Source of the DNA: Vitrella brassicaformis CCMP3155
Taxonomy: Eukaryota; Protista; Chromerida
Length of the DNA stretch: 64,000 nucleotides
Direction: 5' to 3'
Assembly (NCBI GenBank): GCA_001179505.1
Contig: CDMY01000315.1
Span: forward strand, 61,192-125,191
Part shown: positions 15,653 to 29,058 of the stretch, piece after piece
How positions within the stretch are numbered: position 1 is the first letter of the stretch
Layout: every line of letters starts with the position of its first letter
Notes under the pieces: model-generated
Told to the model about the DNA's origin: nothing
What the model saw: the letters and a program-made list of their open reading frames with translations, nothing else
The model's database searches: none
Program-made: the position numbers and the translations under genes

Positions 15653-18600
15653 CGGGACGATGGGTATAGGTGAGTGAGGTGGACGACACCTAAAACACAG
15701 AGCCACTGAGTGTCTGTGTGTGTGTGTGTGTGTGTGTCGGCAGCTCTGTCCATCCATCCATCCATCCACTGGGCACCACCGGCATTTCATTCCGTCACGC
15801 AAATGTCTTACACAGGTACATAATAGCATAACAATAACGTCAAAAACAGCAAAGCATCCATCATCCATTCTTCCATCCGTCGGCTTGGCTGACTCGAGCG
15901 GCCGGGCGGTATACCATACCGAGGCAGCACACGCACACACACACACGCACATGGACACGTAGAAATACATACCCACTGAAGAGCACTCCCACACCCACCC
16001 ACTGCACGCACCCGCCATCCATCCATCCATCCATCCATTTATCCATCCATTCACCACTCATGTGAAGAGAGAGGGGCCGATATAGGCTGGGTGCATGGCT
16101 CTTCTCTTGTCGGTCTTGCTGGCCTCTTGGCCACCCTCTCGAGGGGCTAACGAAACCCTTTGCTGTCTGTCTGTGTCGGCCTGCCTGCCTTGCTGAGCGA
16201 TTGAAACAACACCAGGTCTGCTAATTACACACGAGACACACACACGAACATGGCATGAGAAATGCACCCATATGCGCATGCAGCGCACCACTGCATTACG
16301 CGCATCCACAAAACGCCAGCAGCCTTTCCTTTGACCGATGCATTCACTGCATCCCATGCATCCCGGCTATGCATAGAAAAAGCAGCAATAGATAGATAGA
16401 AGGATGGGGGAGAGAGAAGGGCTGCCCTACCCCATCATCTCACCCAGCCACCCGCCCCACCGACCGACGAGCTGCGATCGCTTTCCTCCGTGTGCGTACT
16501 CTCTGTGTGCTTCGTGCGGTCGTCTTATCCGTCGCGCCATCCGTCCGTCCGTCCATGCATTTCTATAAAGGACCAAAACAAGTCCACACGCATGCACCGC
16601 ACACCCCGCACGCACGCAAGGCACCGGATCGCGCATCGATCAGGTATGTATGTATGTATGTAAGCATCGATCTATCTAGCTATCTAGGCTAACCCACCAC
16701 CACCCGCCCCACACACGCACACGAACACGCACGGACACGGAGGCACGAAGACGCTCCCCACCCACTGTCATGCACTAAGTGGCGAAAAACCAGACACAGA
16801 CAGAGACAGACAGCGTGGCGCGGTTGGTACTGAGACAGACAGCCACCCACTTGGAGAGAGCATAGCAGAGGCAGAGGCAGAGGCAGAGGGCATCCAGCAG
16901 CACCGTACGTAAACCAAACAACAAACCAGCAGCGGTCGGGCGGGCGGGGGTTGAGTCGACTCACAGCGCGTGTTTTGAATCTCTTTGACACGCTGGCCTG
17001 CACGAGTCGCCTGCCGGCATGGCCCGGCCCGCCGGCACACAGACACGCATCAATCAATCAGTCAATCAGGGTGAGGCGGAGTGGAAGGCGAGATGGATAG
17101 ATGAGCGGATGTGGGAATAATGTGGAATGAATCAATGAGTGAATGAATGAACGAATGGATGGATGTATGGATCGATAAGATAAAGCCGTCGGTCGTCGAG
17201 CGGTGTGAAACACACACAGAGACATACATAGACACAGAGAGACGCAGGCAGACGCAGACACGGACACGCACACGAGAGAAAGCGACACGACGGTCGATCG
17301 ATCAATGCATTGACATTGCCAATTGTATGTGAGCAGACAAATAGCGATTCAGATTGACTGGCAGAGAAGGAGAGAGGCGAAAAACAACTGAGTAGAAGCC
17401 AGGCAGAGAGCGCGCGAGAGAGAGAGAGATGTCTGTGAGTATTTACACCAGGGAGGGAGGGGGGGAGGGAGGGGGAGAGAGAGACCATCGATCGGCCAGT
17501 GGCGGGGGGATGCAGGGAGGAGAGAAAGGGGAAATAGACAGACAGGCCGACATGCAGGCCGACAGGCAGAAATGATGGACAGCAGCGAGGGAGGGAGGGA
17601 GGGAGTGATGAGTATGAGACACATACATACATACCTGGCAGGTAGGTGGCCACACCGCCTCTGTCTGTCTGTCTGTCTGTCTATATACATGTACACCACA
17701 CACATGTACACCACACACAGATAGATACCGATAGATAGATACTGACAGACAGACACCCATAAAGGAACGAGCGTGTCAGTGTGTGGACTGGACTGGACTG
17801 GACAAACAACAACAATGACACGCACGCACCGACCGGCGGACGATAGAAGCCACCCACGGTAATAGGGAGATGAACGAATGAATGAATGAAAACGGACGGA
17901 AAAGACCGCTACATGGCCCACCGAAACCTCTCCCTCTCTCTCCACCACCCCAACCCACCTCTCTCGGTCTCGCGAATGCAGCCACGCAGCCCAGCCGCAC
18001 ACAACACCACACACACGCATCCATCACGCAGCCAGCAAGCAGGGAGGGAGAAATATGCTCCCTCCGTCCCTCGCCCCATCTCTCCCCCTCTCCCCTCTCC
18101 CCTCCCAGTGTCCCTGCCTCATCCACCCACCATTCATTTCACAAACCAAACCACCATGCATGTAAGCAAGAATCATGAATCATCATTCATCACTGTGGAT
18201 CACGAATCATCTCATCATCTCTTCACCGCTTCACTGCGATGTGCGCATACTTGGCTCCCTCGGCCAGGCAGGCCAGCTGAGGGAGGGGCGCACATACGGG
18301 GCGGGAAGGAAGGCTACACCACACACCACACAACCTCACATGACACCACATCACATGGACACACATCATCTCTATCATATGCCAGGCAAAAAGAGCACCA
18401 ATCGACGGACGGACGCCTCAACGAACCAACCAGGGAGCATCTGTCTGTCTGTCTGTGGGAGACTTACGAGACGGCACGAACGACCACCAACACTCCACAC
18501 CAGATCCCACCACACCACACCGACAGATGAGTGGGATGGGTGGGAGCTCGCTCGGTCGCTTGAAAAACAGCGGTGCACGTCACGGAGGCATGAAGGAAGG

Positions 18601-19500
18601 AGATCCACATAACCACACCCACCGACCCACCACGCACCCCCATCACTCATGGCAAGGCGGCCGCCCCCTTGCCTGTTCTGTCCACTGGTCGGTCCACTGC
18701 CCACCCCGCAATCAATCACTTACGCAGTCACTCACTCACAGCAGCATGCCATTGATTGCCACAAAAATGCTGAAGCCTACCTTTCTGTCTGCTGGAACGT
18801 GCTGTGGAGGCCCCTCTCTCTCTCTCTGTGTGTGTGTGGAAGAAACACCAATAATAACAGCTGTGATCGTCATTGAGACCAACCAACATCTGGCGTGCCC
18901 ATGGTCACTGACTGACTGATTGAAGCAAACTCACTACTCACACACACGTTGGTTAACCGACGCGAGAGGCCGACCAGTATGTGCGTGGCGTCCGTGTGTC
19001 TGTGTGCTGTCTGTGCGGGAGATAGACCACACACACAGACATATATATGTAAGGCATACGGTGTGTGCGTGCGTGTGCAACTGCTCGCTCGTCCCCCTCT
19101 CTAGTACTTAGCTAAATGCCACAGAACACCGCCCCGGCCACTGACAGCATGATTGATGCTTATAAATAAGACTGACTGACTGACTGACACCCCACACGCA
19201 TCCCCTTCCATGGATCCAGCCACCCGAGAGGCAATGTGGTTGTGGTGAGGGGACAAGGAGAATAGGGTGGCTGTAGGCAGACAGAGAGGGAGAGAGGGAG
19301 AGAGGGAGGGATGGAGGGAGAGAGGGCGCTGTGAGTGTTGCTCTGCTGTTCTTACTCAAAAATACCACATAAGAGCTAGCTGCCTTCATTGAATCGATCG
19401 ATAGCACCCATCCCACCACAGCACACCACACCCACACCCACAGCCGGCCGCTCCCCGACTTAAAACTGCCATCCATCCATCCATCCAGTCATTCGTTCAT
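14770..19500. repeat. Microsatellite-rich, apparently non-coding interval (UTR/intergenic)
   Basis: Dense (CA)n, (GACA)n, (GATG)n, (GAAT)n and (GGGA)n tracts; ORFs here translate only to repeat-derived CV/TH/DR/SI strings. Confidence 0.6.
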
Positions 19501-19547
19501 TCACACAAACAACAACACCAAAGAGCACCAACCAGCCAGCCACTAAG

Positions 19548-22500
19548 CTAAGCCCCCTCCCCCTCCGCCCTCTGGTCGTCCACCAGCCGCACGGGAAACC
19601 GCCCCCGCCCCTCCCTGTCAGCAGCAGCCGCAGCAGCAACAGCTGCAGCGGCGGCCATCATGCCGCCGTGCTCATCGTCTGCCGTGCTGCCGTGCTGCTG
19701 GTGGTGGTCCATTGTGATGGCCTGGCCCAGGTCGATGGGGAATGGGAAGCGGAATGCCGGCGGGTGCAGCGGGGGCAGCAGTGGGGGGGAGGTCGTGTGC
19801 ATAAGCCAGGGATTGGGATTGGTCGGCGTGTTGACGGCCACTGGCGCCGGGCTGGGGAACGCCTGCATGTGTGGCCCCCCATGCTGATCCATGCTTATGT
19901 CTGCGTCAGCGACGGAGGGGTCATGGTCGTATGGCGGTGGCTGCATGTGTGGGTGCACGGGGCCGCGGAAGAGCGGGAGGGGCGAGTGGGGCGGGACGGC
20001 CATGGGCACCGTGTGGGGCGAATTGGGGGGCAGGGGCAGCGACGGCACCGGCGAGGGCTGCGGCGACGCACCAGACCACATCAGACTAAATGAATGAATC
20101 AATTACCCAACAACCACAACAACAAAGACAACCACACACATGATAATCAATGCACACGGTCGTGTGTGTGGTGTGGTTTCTGTCTGTCTGTCTGACCTAG
20201 AGGTGAGGTCTTCCCTCGAGTGCGATCGAAACCCAATGCTGTCCGTCCCGCTCCTCGACGCAAAGCTGCTCGCGGGGCTGTGGGTACTCGCACTAGCGCT
20301 GCCCAGCGTCCGGGCTGTCCCCCAGCCCGACTGCGAACCCGGCACACTCAGCAACGCCCTCGCCACTTTGCGCCGCCCCTGCCCCAGGCCGTCCTTGCCG
20401 AGCGCCTCTCGGTGGCCAGTGGGGGATGGCAGAGGCGAGGCGTTCGGTGACCGGGGGGTGAGGACGCGCAGACGGGGGATGTGGATCGCTGGCAGTGTGT
20501 CCGTCGATGTGGCCGCGGGCGGGGGCGACTTGATGCACACGGCGTGCGGCTGATGGGTGGGTAACAGGAACCAAGGACAACAGACCAGTGAGTGAAGATG
20601 CGTCTGGATGGTGGTGTGCGGTGGTGTGGTGTGGTGATGGTGTCCCTCACCTCATGCGGCACGGCGTGCAAGGCGCTGAGCTCCTCCTGAGTGAGGGTGT
20701 CGCCTCCCCCGTTCCCACCGACCCCCAGCTGCGGCGAGCTCGGCGGCGGACAGATCGGCGACATCACAGGCGCCCCCCCAGTAATGAGCGACACGGACGG
20801 GAGCACGTCCATCGATCGGGACGGACGGGGCGCCACCGGCGGCACCACCAGCCCGCTGCTGAGTGTCGATCCGCTGACGGTCGACATCTGCTTCTGCTGC
20901 CGACGCGCAGAGAATGAGGGAGGGTGCCGGGGGGGTGGGGGCGGGGGCGATGGGGAGGCCATGTAGGCGCCCTGCTTGCTGGCGGGGGGGCGCATGGTGG
21001 TCTTCTGTGGGGGCTGCGAGGGCATTGCTGGCGGGCTCGATGGTGGGTGGATGTGGATCCTCGTCGGGCCATGGGTGTCGTCAGGACGATGGACGAACAG
21101 CTGACACACACAGAGAGGATCGGAACACGGTACAGTTCCATGTTTCGACAAGGTGACTTGTGGTGGTTCCCTTACCGCCATCCGGTCATTGCCATCGGGC
21201 CGCAGCTCATAGACGGCTCCGTCGTGGCCGATGCCCACGCCCTTGAGCGTGCCTGCGCTCTTGGTGGTCATGCTGCTGGTGTTGTGGAATGACGTCACTG
21301 GGGCGGACGTCTGCCTGGCTGCCGGCGGTGCTCCTGCTCCCGTTGCTGTCTGTGGGATGGCGGGCGGCATGGGCGAGGTAGGTGGGGAGGGGAGGGGGGA
21401 CGTGTGTGAGAGGTCGGTGAGGTGTAGAATCACCTGGGGGAACCAGCCGCTCTGGCCCAACATCGGGCCACTCAGGCACCTGACACACACACACACACGA
21501 TTCGACCACTTATAACACGCCAACGCCCCATGTCATGTGTCTGTCTCGCTGTCTGTCTCACCTTCCATAGATCCACCCCGTGACATCTCTCTGCTGCACC
21601 TCCACAGCGCTTCCCGCCACCAACCGCAGCCACCGTGTGCCGCCATTGCCGTTGCCGCCCCTGCCCCTCGTGCGGCCGCGGGACCGCGCCGTTGCCATGG
21701 CCTGAGACAGCGACGCGTTGCCGTTGGTGGTGGTGTTGGTGTGAGTGGCGGGGGGGTCGGGGGGGTCGGGGGGGTCCATGGGAAGGGGATGATGCGCGTC
21801 TGTCTGCAGGTCACGGTCAGGCTGACACACACACACGCACAGACAGACAGAGAGAGATGTTTCCAGAAGGGGCAACAGTGCCCTATGTGATTGAGCGCGT
21901 GCCCAAACCTCATATCCGACAGCGGCGACGAGTATCTGTCCGCACGCCGTCTCGTCGCTGTCTGCAGGGTGGTCGAGGCCGGGAGGGGGGAGGGGAGGGG
22001 GCTGCGAGTGACTCGTCGACGTGAACTCAACTCCGGGGAAATTCGTATCTGACAGAAGAGACAACACACACAAGGACTATGATGAGAGATGCGGCTTTGG
22101 GCGACTGGGTGGGGGCGTGGGTGACGCACATCTGAGTGTGGCGTGGTGGTGGGTGAATAGGTATTTGGGAGGCCGCCTCTGCTCCTGCTCGCCGTGCACA
22201 TAGGGGCAGAAGTGGTTGCTGCACTGGCCCTCCTGGTGGTCCACACACACGCGGGTCTGGTTGACACGGGCAGGGCACACAGATTACACACTCAGATCCG
22301 ATCCCCGCCATGCCATGCCATCCGTCCCGCCCCCGTCATGGCTGTCAGTCAGCTCGCTCACCTTATAAAACACCGGGTGATAGACCACCTCCTCGGTACT
22401 ATGTGCGAACGGGCAAGTGCTGCCCCTGCTGCACGACGCCCGACACACCTCCTCGCCAGTCCTGCTGGTCAGCGCCACGCCAATCGCCCCACCGCCCCCC

Positions 22501-23475
22501 TCCTCAGACGCGCTCAGGCGGGCGGCCTTGTGGTGGTGGCTTTGGTGGGACGACATGAAGGACACCGGGTGCGGGTGGGTGGTCTCGCCGTCCGTCTCGC
22601 CCACGTCGGGCAGCCCGCTGTCGGTGAATGACTTGCGCAGGATGGAGAGGGAGTCGTCTCGGGGGTGGTGGCGCCACGCGGCGGTGGGGGCGTCCTCCGT
22701 CGTGATGCCGTCACGGACACTGGGGAAGGACGACCGGGTGCTCACGCTGTCCCCACCACTCGTGCCGCCCTTCTGGTCGCACACAAACAAACACACAGAG
22801 CAACAAACATATGTGAAGCCATCCACCCGTCTGTGTGTCTGTCTGTGTGTCTGTCTGTGCGTACCTGTGAGATGACGCTCGAGGTGCTGGTGGCCGGCCG
22901 GATAAACGGCACCGGCGCGCAGGAGAAGATGGCCTCGGGACAGAGGATCGGCAGGTATCTAAGGCACTTGGGCGCGTTCCGCGAGCCGGATGTCTGCTGC
23001 GAGGGATGGTCCGGCGACTGGTCGCTGGGCGGCGTGGAGGGCCGAGATGGCGCCAGGGGCGGGCGACGGGGCCAGCAGCTGCTGTGCGCAAACACACACC
23101 TGAACCAAACCGCACACGAACGCACCAAGGGGGGAGGAGTGGAGTGTCGTGGCAAGGGCACAGATGGATGGTTCTCTCGTGTGATTGCGGGTCCGTACTG
23201 ATTGCCATAATCGCAGCATTGTGAGCGCCAGTGCCGACACGTCTGCACAGACCAACAGCACACAGACAACACGACACGCACCATACCGTTCACGGCCAGA
23301 TCCGGTGTGACTGTCTGTCTGTCGCGTGACAACCGGTCACTTTCGCCTTTCTTTCGCGCACCTTTGTCCTGAATCTCATGAGCTCCGCCTCAGTCATGGT
23401 CTGCGGCCTCTCCGCCTTGACGGGCAGCCCCCTCCCGGGCCGCACCTCCCTCTCCCGCTCACGCGACATTGCCAT
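19548..23475 (-). CDS. Tandem CCCH zinc-finger protein (Unkempt-like) with long Pro/Ser-rich tail, multi-exon
   Basis: MAMSRERE...MTEAELMRFRTK|TCRHWRSQCCDYGN, YLPILCP, CSRGSTCPFAHSTEEVVYHPVFYK|TRVCVDHQEGQCSNHFCPYVHGEQEQR match the FRT..C / C-x-C-x-H / YHP..YKT..C pattern of Unkempt-type RNA-binding proteins. Last exon ends at TAG 19548-19550. Confidence 0.75.
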
Positions 23476-23913
23476 CAGATCCAAACGCGACAAACACCCG
23501 CTGTCACAACAGGGCCAGCGAAGGAAACACCTCCACACAGCGGCTTAGTGCGGGAGACGGCCGTGTGCTGCCGAGGGGCTGGGCGAGCCTTGCAGATCGA
23601 ACGGTAGGCGTTGAGTCTCGGTTATGACGACTGATGGCGCCTGGCAAAGCTGTTGCTTCTCATCTGATTAGGCAGCTATCTGTTGTCAGCTGGGGCGGGA
23701 CCAATCAAGAGGAAGATGCGCCAGATATGAATCACCATCCCAGCGACTCCAACGTGCATCTGCCCTAACTCCAACGGCACGAAACGAAGGAAGTGCAGGG
23801 TTTGCGCCAGGTGCAGGGTTTGGAGCCAGCGAATCAGCGGCCGACAGCGGCGCGAGGTGAGCATTCGTGTTGGGCTGTTCACGCGTGTGCCATTGAGACC
23901 TTGAGAGATCAGT

Positions 23914-26065
23914 ATGTCGCTGAGCATCAAGAATCCGATTGCTGAGGTGGGACGCCTCGACCCGCCGACCCGGCTCCTGTGCGGCCCAGGGTGAGTGAGG
24001 GGAACATACAAGGCGCATACACACACGCACGAGCAAGCGCAGCAGCCTCTGTGCGCTGCGGCAGCGGACACATTGAAATCGATGCGTGACGCTCTTCTGC
24101 TGTGGTGTTGTGTGTGTCAGGCCTGGCAATGCCCACCCCCGCGTTCATGCCGCCATGTCCATCCCACAGGTGGGCGAGAAAAGGCCAACACGTGGCAGAT
24201 CTGTGCAGATGTCGGTGATCTGTGGTCTTGGGGGGGATGATAGATCGGTCACATGGACCCGGCGTTCCTCGACATAGTGGAGGACCTCAAGAAGCTGCTG
24301 CGCTATGCGTGGCAGACGGAGAACGTCTTCACCATCCCCGTGTCAGGTAAACAGAAAACACGCAGGCAGGCAGCCAGGCAGTCGGGCATGTGTCGAAGTG
24401 TGCTGCTGCTCTCTTGTCTGCAGGCACCGGCAGCGCTGCGTGGGAGGCGGCTGTGGCCAATGTGACGTCGCCAGGCGACAGTGAGCAACACAACACATAC
24501 GACAGGGAGGGGCACACGGCACTTTCTGCGTACCTCTTATCCATGGTGGTGTGTCAGTTCACCTGACGTGTGTGAGTGGGTACTTCGGCGAGCGTCACTG
24601 TGACATGGCATCCAGATACGGCGCGGACGTCAGGTAGGAAACGAACCCCACACACAGACAGGCCGTACGATGTGTGGTGTTCAGGCGCATCGAGAAGCCT
24701 TGGGGTGAGGTTTTCACTCTCGATGAGATCAAGAAGGCCGTCGCCGAACACAAGCCACAAGTAGCCCACACCCTCGCTCTCGAGCACCTGCCCACCTGAT
24801 TGTCGTGCCGGTCGGTTGATGCGATGCGTTCATTCAGGTGCTGTGGATCTGCTACGCCGAGACATCGACCGGTGCGCGTCAGCCGCTGGACGGCATAGCG
24901 GATGTGTGCCACGCCAACAACTGCCTGTTCATGCTCGACACCGTCACGGCGATCGGCGGCGTGCCCCTCTTCCTCGACAAGAGCGGCGTCGACATCTGCT
25001 ACGCGGGTTGGTACATACACACACACACGCACGCTCACAGATGGATCGAGAGAGACAAGAGGGGAATATATTGTTCTGAGTGTGTATGTGTGTTGCAGGG
25101 ACTCAGAAGTGCCTGAGTTGTCCGCCTGGTGTTGCCCCGCTCACCATCGGCCCCAGGGCGCTCAAGAAGATGGAGGACCGGGCGGCCAAGGTGAGAGGGG
25201 GAGGGAGGGAAACAGGGAAACGGGGCCATGGCTTTCTCACTCGCACGAGGGATTATGTGTGGCTGTGTTTAGGGCGAGAAGGTGGCCAACTGGTACCTGG
25301 ACATGACGATGATTCAGAAGTATATCGTGGCTCCTGAAGGGGCGCCCAGGGTCTACCACCACACCGCGCCCATCAGGTACGTGCAGAAGACACACAGGCA
25401 AACGTCACAACCAGCCATCGACACCTCCATGTGTGTGCGTGGGTGTGTGTGTTTGTGCAGCATGGTGTATGCCATGCGCGAGGCGCTGACACTCATTGCG
25501 GAGGAGGGCCTGGAGAACTGCTGGAAGAGGCACCAGGTCACAAGCGCGACCACACACCACCAGAACCACGACCAAGACACTTACGTCTCTGTGTGCATGT
25601 ATGTGTGCAGGAGACGGCCGAGTACTTCTGGGGACTGATCGAGGCTGCGGGCATGGAGATGCTCATCCCCAACAAGGAGCACCGGCTGCCCTCCCTCCAC
25701 ACCGTCAAGGTGCCACAGGGCATCGACGCCGGCAAAGTCGTCAAGGTGCGCTGGCAGACTGGTGCGACACATCGCCCCCGTGACCTCTCGTGTGTGTGGG
25801 TGGGTGTCGTTTGTACAGCACATGCGCGAGAAGTTCCAGATTGAGATCGGCGGCGGGCTGGGCGCCCAGCTCTCAGGAAAGGTACGTATCATATATCATG
25901 CCCCACGATCGCGTCGACTGGCAATGTATCCACCCGGTTTGTCCGTTTTGTCAGGTGTGGCGCATTGGTCTGATGGGCTACAACAGCCGCAAGGAGGTGG
26001 CGCTCACCATCGTGGCCGCCCTCAAGGACGCACTCGTGGCGCAGGGCTGGAAACCCAAAGCCTGA
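23914..26065 (+). CDS. AGXT: Alanine-glyoxylate / serine-pyruvate aminotransferase (class V PLP enzyme), about 13 exons
   Basis: Spliced product RLLCGPGPGNAHP...GHMDPAF...[18 protein letters not shown]...GYFGER...[11 protein letters not shown]...DTVTAIGG...[13 protein letters not shown] (PLP lysine)...YHHTAP...IEIGGGLG...WRIGLMG; ends GWKPKA, stop 26063-26065. Confidence 0.95.
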
Positions 26066-27425
26066 CCGCCCTCTTCTGACCTGGCTGGCTTTCGGTTCTT
26101 TGGATGGATGGATCGATACATACGCTGTGGTGGATGGACGGGCCGGGTGGTTTTTCTGTGGTCATGCACAGTGATTGCGCTGGGTGGGCGAGACACACGC
26201 CGCCGCTGGCTGAGGGATTTTACGGTCTCTCTCGTCTCGTTTTGGAGTGGCTCGCGGACGGTTGTGTATGCGTATGCGTGTGGTGGTTGGTTGGTTGGTT
26301 GGTTGGTGCGTGTCATGCTGATCAATTTTCCATTCCATTTTTGGTTCAGTGATGGTGACGGTGTCATCGAATGAGGGCTGAGGATTGTTTTGCGCCTGCT
26401 GGCCTCGTGTTGTTGTGTTGCTTGCGGAAAGGTGGGGGGCCCACACCACACAGGGGTTTGCACCAGACAGACAGACATGCGAATTTGATGAGGAGAGAGA
26501 GACCCAAAGGGACAGGAATTATGTCATTCACTGCTCGTTCACGGACAGACGCCAGATGATGGGGGATCGTATTCATGCCCCGTTGGCTGTCCATATGTGT
26601 GTGTGTCTGTCTGTCCATGTGTGTGACGTGCTGACCCAAAACCTCACTGGACGAAAAGGGAGTTTTGAGTTTGTTGAACCACCTCACTTGCGCCGGGGCC
26701 AGCTTCATGTAGCCTGGAGACTGATACATGTCTCGCGTGTGCTCGACATGCGCACCGCGCGCTCTTCACACCCAAGGCAAATCACCCATTCGCAGCCGCA
26801 TCGTGTCAGAAAACGTTTTCCTCCTCACGATTGTGTCTTCTTTTTCCTTTTCACTTGCATTGATCACACACACACACACATATGCACACGGGTGGCCGGG
26901 GGCTGGCCCTCACACAAGTCTGATGACATGGACTAGCGGCCCCACTACGCCTCACTGCAATGTCATCCATCGCATGTCAGAGATGGCATAAATCACACAC
27001 AGACACATATGCACAAGCATAGATAAATGCACATGTGACAGTGAGTGAGGATGAATGCGGACATGTACATGCACACACACGCGTCCATGCGGGTCAGGCT
27101 GCCCCTGGGCTTCGCTCACGTCACGCTGCCTGTCTGTCTGCTGGGGCCGTGAGAGGAGGGGGTTCCCCTCGTTGCACGAATCTCGGCAGTAAGCCAGAAG
27201 GCAGGCGTACAGCCTCGCGGCCTCGCCTCGCGGGGGCGTCGAGAATGAATTTGTCGAGAATCTCGCCAGGGTTTGCAGGTAATTTCTGTCTCACTTTGGT
27301 TCCCCTGCCTTTACGCCTGTCTCTCTTTGGTTCGATTTTGTGGGAGCATCTCTAGCTTCATTTGCCATCTGGTCGGCAGGCTTCTGTTCCTCCCCTCTCG
27401 GCTCAAAGAGAGCCTATCAGTTGCG

Positions 27426-27906
27426 ATGCGGCGGAATGGCTGCAGCAGCGGTAAGGATGGAGGGGGATGGCTGCATATCATTCATCAATACCAATTGATT
27501 GCTGTCACGCTGTCGTACGTATCCTTCTGTGCAGTCGTCTGGTGGCGCGAGGCCGTCTGGTTCTGTGAGTTGCCGAGAAAACAACTGTCTGTATGGAGAA
27601 AGGGCAATTGAGCGGATGCGCCGGGCCCATGGCATGATGTCCCTTCCTCTGATTCAGATCGACTAGGGGGAGGAGCAACCCCTTCAGGGCCAGATGGACT
27701 GGATCGCCAGGCTCCCTCGCCTGGCCCCCCCGTCCACTGCCCCGCGCCCGGCCCGACTACAAGTGGGCCGAGCCGAGCAACGAGGGTTGAGCGCTTGGAG
27801 TCGCTCCGGTCTGATGGGTCGAATGTGCCCACTCCAACTCCGCGTACGCCGGCTGCTGTGTGCGTGAATGTCTTTCTCTCTCCTCATTCGTCGATCGATG
27901 TCTTTG

Positions 27907-27943
<37 letters not shown>

Positions 27944-29058
27944 CTGTGTGCCTGAGTGTGTTACAGCGACCGAGAGACGTGTCTGGATACATTCAGACGA
28001 GGTAGGTGCACACGTAGAATAAGTGGGCGAACGAATTGTCACCCTGCTGCGCCATGTGGATGGCTTTGTCTGTGTCTCTTTTTGTCTTTCCAACGAACGA
28101 ATGACTATGTCCACTGTCGCCCATTGTGCAGCGACAAGACTTCCATCCTGCCGCCAGTGGTTCATGACACATACATGCGATTTCCACGCTCGCGTCACTT
28201 GGCTGTCTGTCTCTCTTTTGTGCAGCAGGAGCGTCTGGTGGTGATGGATTCGATCTTAGCTCCAAGCCTTCAACAGGGTACGCAGGTGCACAACACAAGA
28301 GCACGCCATCTATTTGTACATATGCCACACCATCACACCCTCTCACTCTGTGTTGTGTCTGTGTCTGTCTGTGTTGTTGCCAGTGCACTGCCAAGTTGTG
28401 TGCTGCTGCGGCAGATGCGTTGGTGGCCGTTTGGCTGGCCCTGGCAGCGTACAACCGACTCCCCACTGACGGCTGGTTACGGTGGGCGTCGCTGCCACTC
28501 ACCGAGAGCATTCTCATCTGCTTCCTCGGCGTGTTCACCGGCCTCTCCGTCGCATCCGTTTGGTGGGAGGGCATCTGTTCGTGCCTCGGACCGTGTGGGG
28601 AGTGCTTCGGGTGGTGCTGCGAGCGCTTGGGTCGGTGCTGCCGGTGCTGTGACAAGCGAGGAGGAAAGACAACCGCTGCTGACAGCACAGGGGCAGCTGC
28701 TGAGGAGGCGGCCAGCAGAGGCACAGATGCCAAGAAGGAGGCCAAAGAAGTCGACGGCATAGATGACAAGGTGAATGCGCGCATTTGCAAGACCTTGAGT
28801 GAGTATGGCGGCAAGGGCAGCCTACCCTCATCTCAGCCCAGCAGCGGTGCATCCCCGACTGGCCGCGAGAGACGCCTCAATGTGGTGAGCATCATGCATG
28901 TTGTGTATGTCTGTATGGATGCATCAATGCTTTATGTTGTGCATCGCCATCTCCAGGACCTCCAGACTATCTCACGGGAGGAGATCAGGGGGGGCGGGGC
29001 GAGGGACTCGGGATGGGCGAGGCACAGGTCGGTGCGTCTCGTCCGGTCGCTTTGGTGA
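27426..29058 (+). CDS. Hypothetical membrane protein with Cys-rich juxtamembrane segment; exon chain incomplete
   Basis: Exon ~28384-28885 encodes two hydrophobic stretches followed by CSCLGPCGECFGWCCERLGRCCRCCDK. Upstream coding-like pieces from ATG 27426 have plausible splice sites, but not all phases could be reconciled; both ends uncertain. Confidence 0.35.

Noticed and set aside
26054-26065. C-terminal PKA of the aminotransferase as a peroxisomal PTS1
   Set aside because: It does not fit the [SAC][KRH][LM] consensus; left as unknown localisation.
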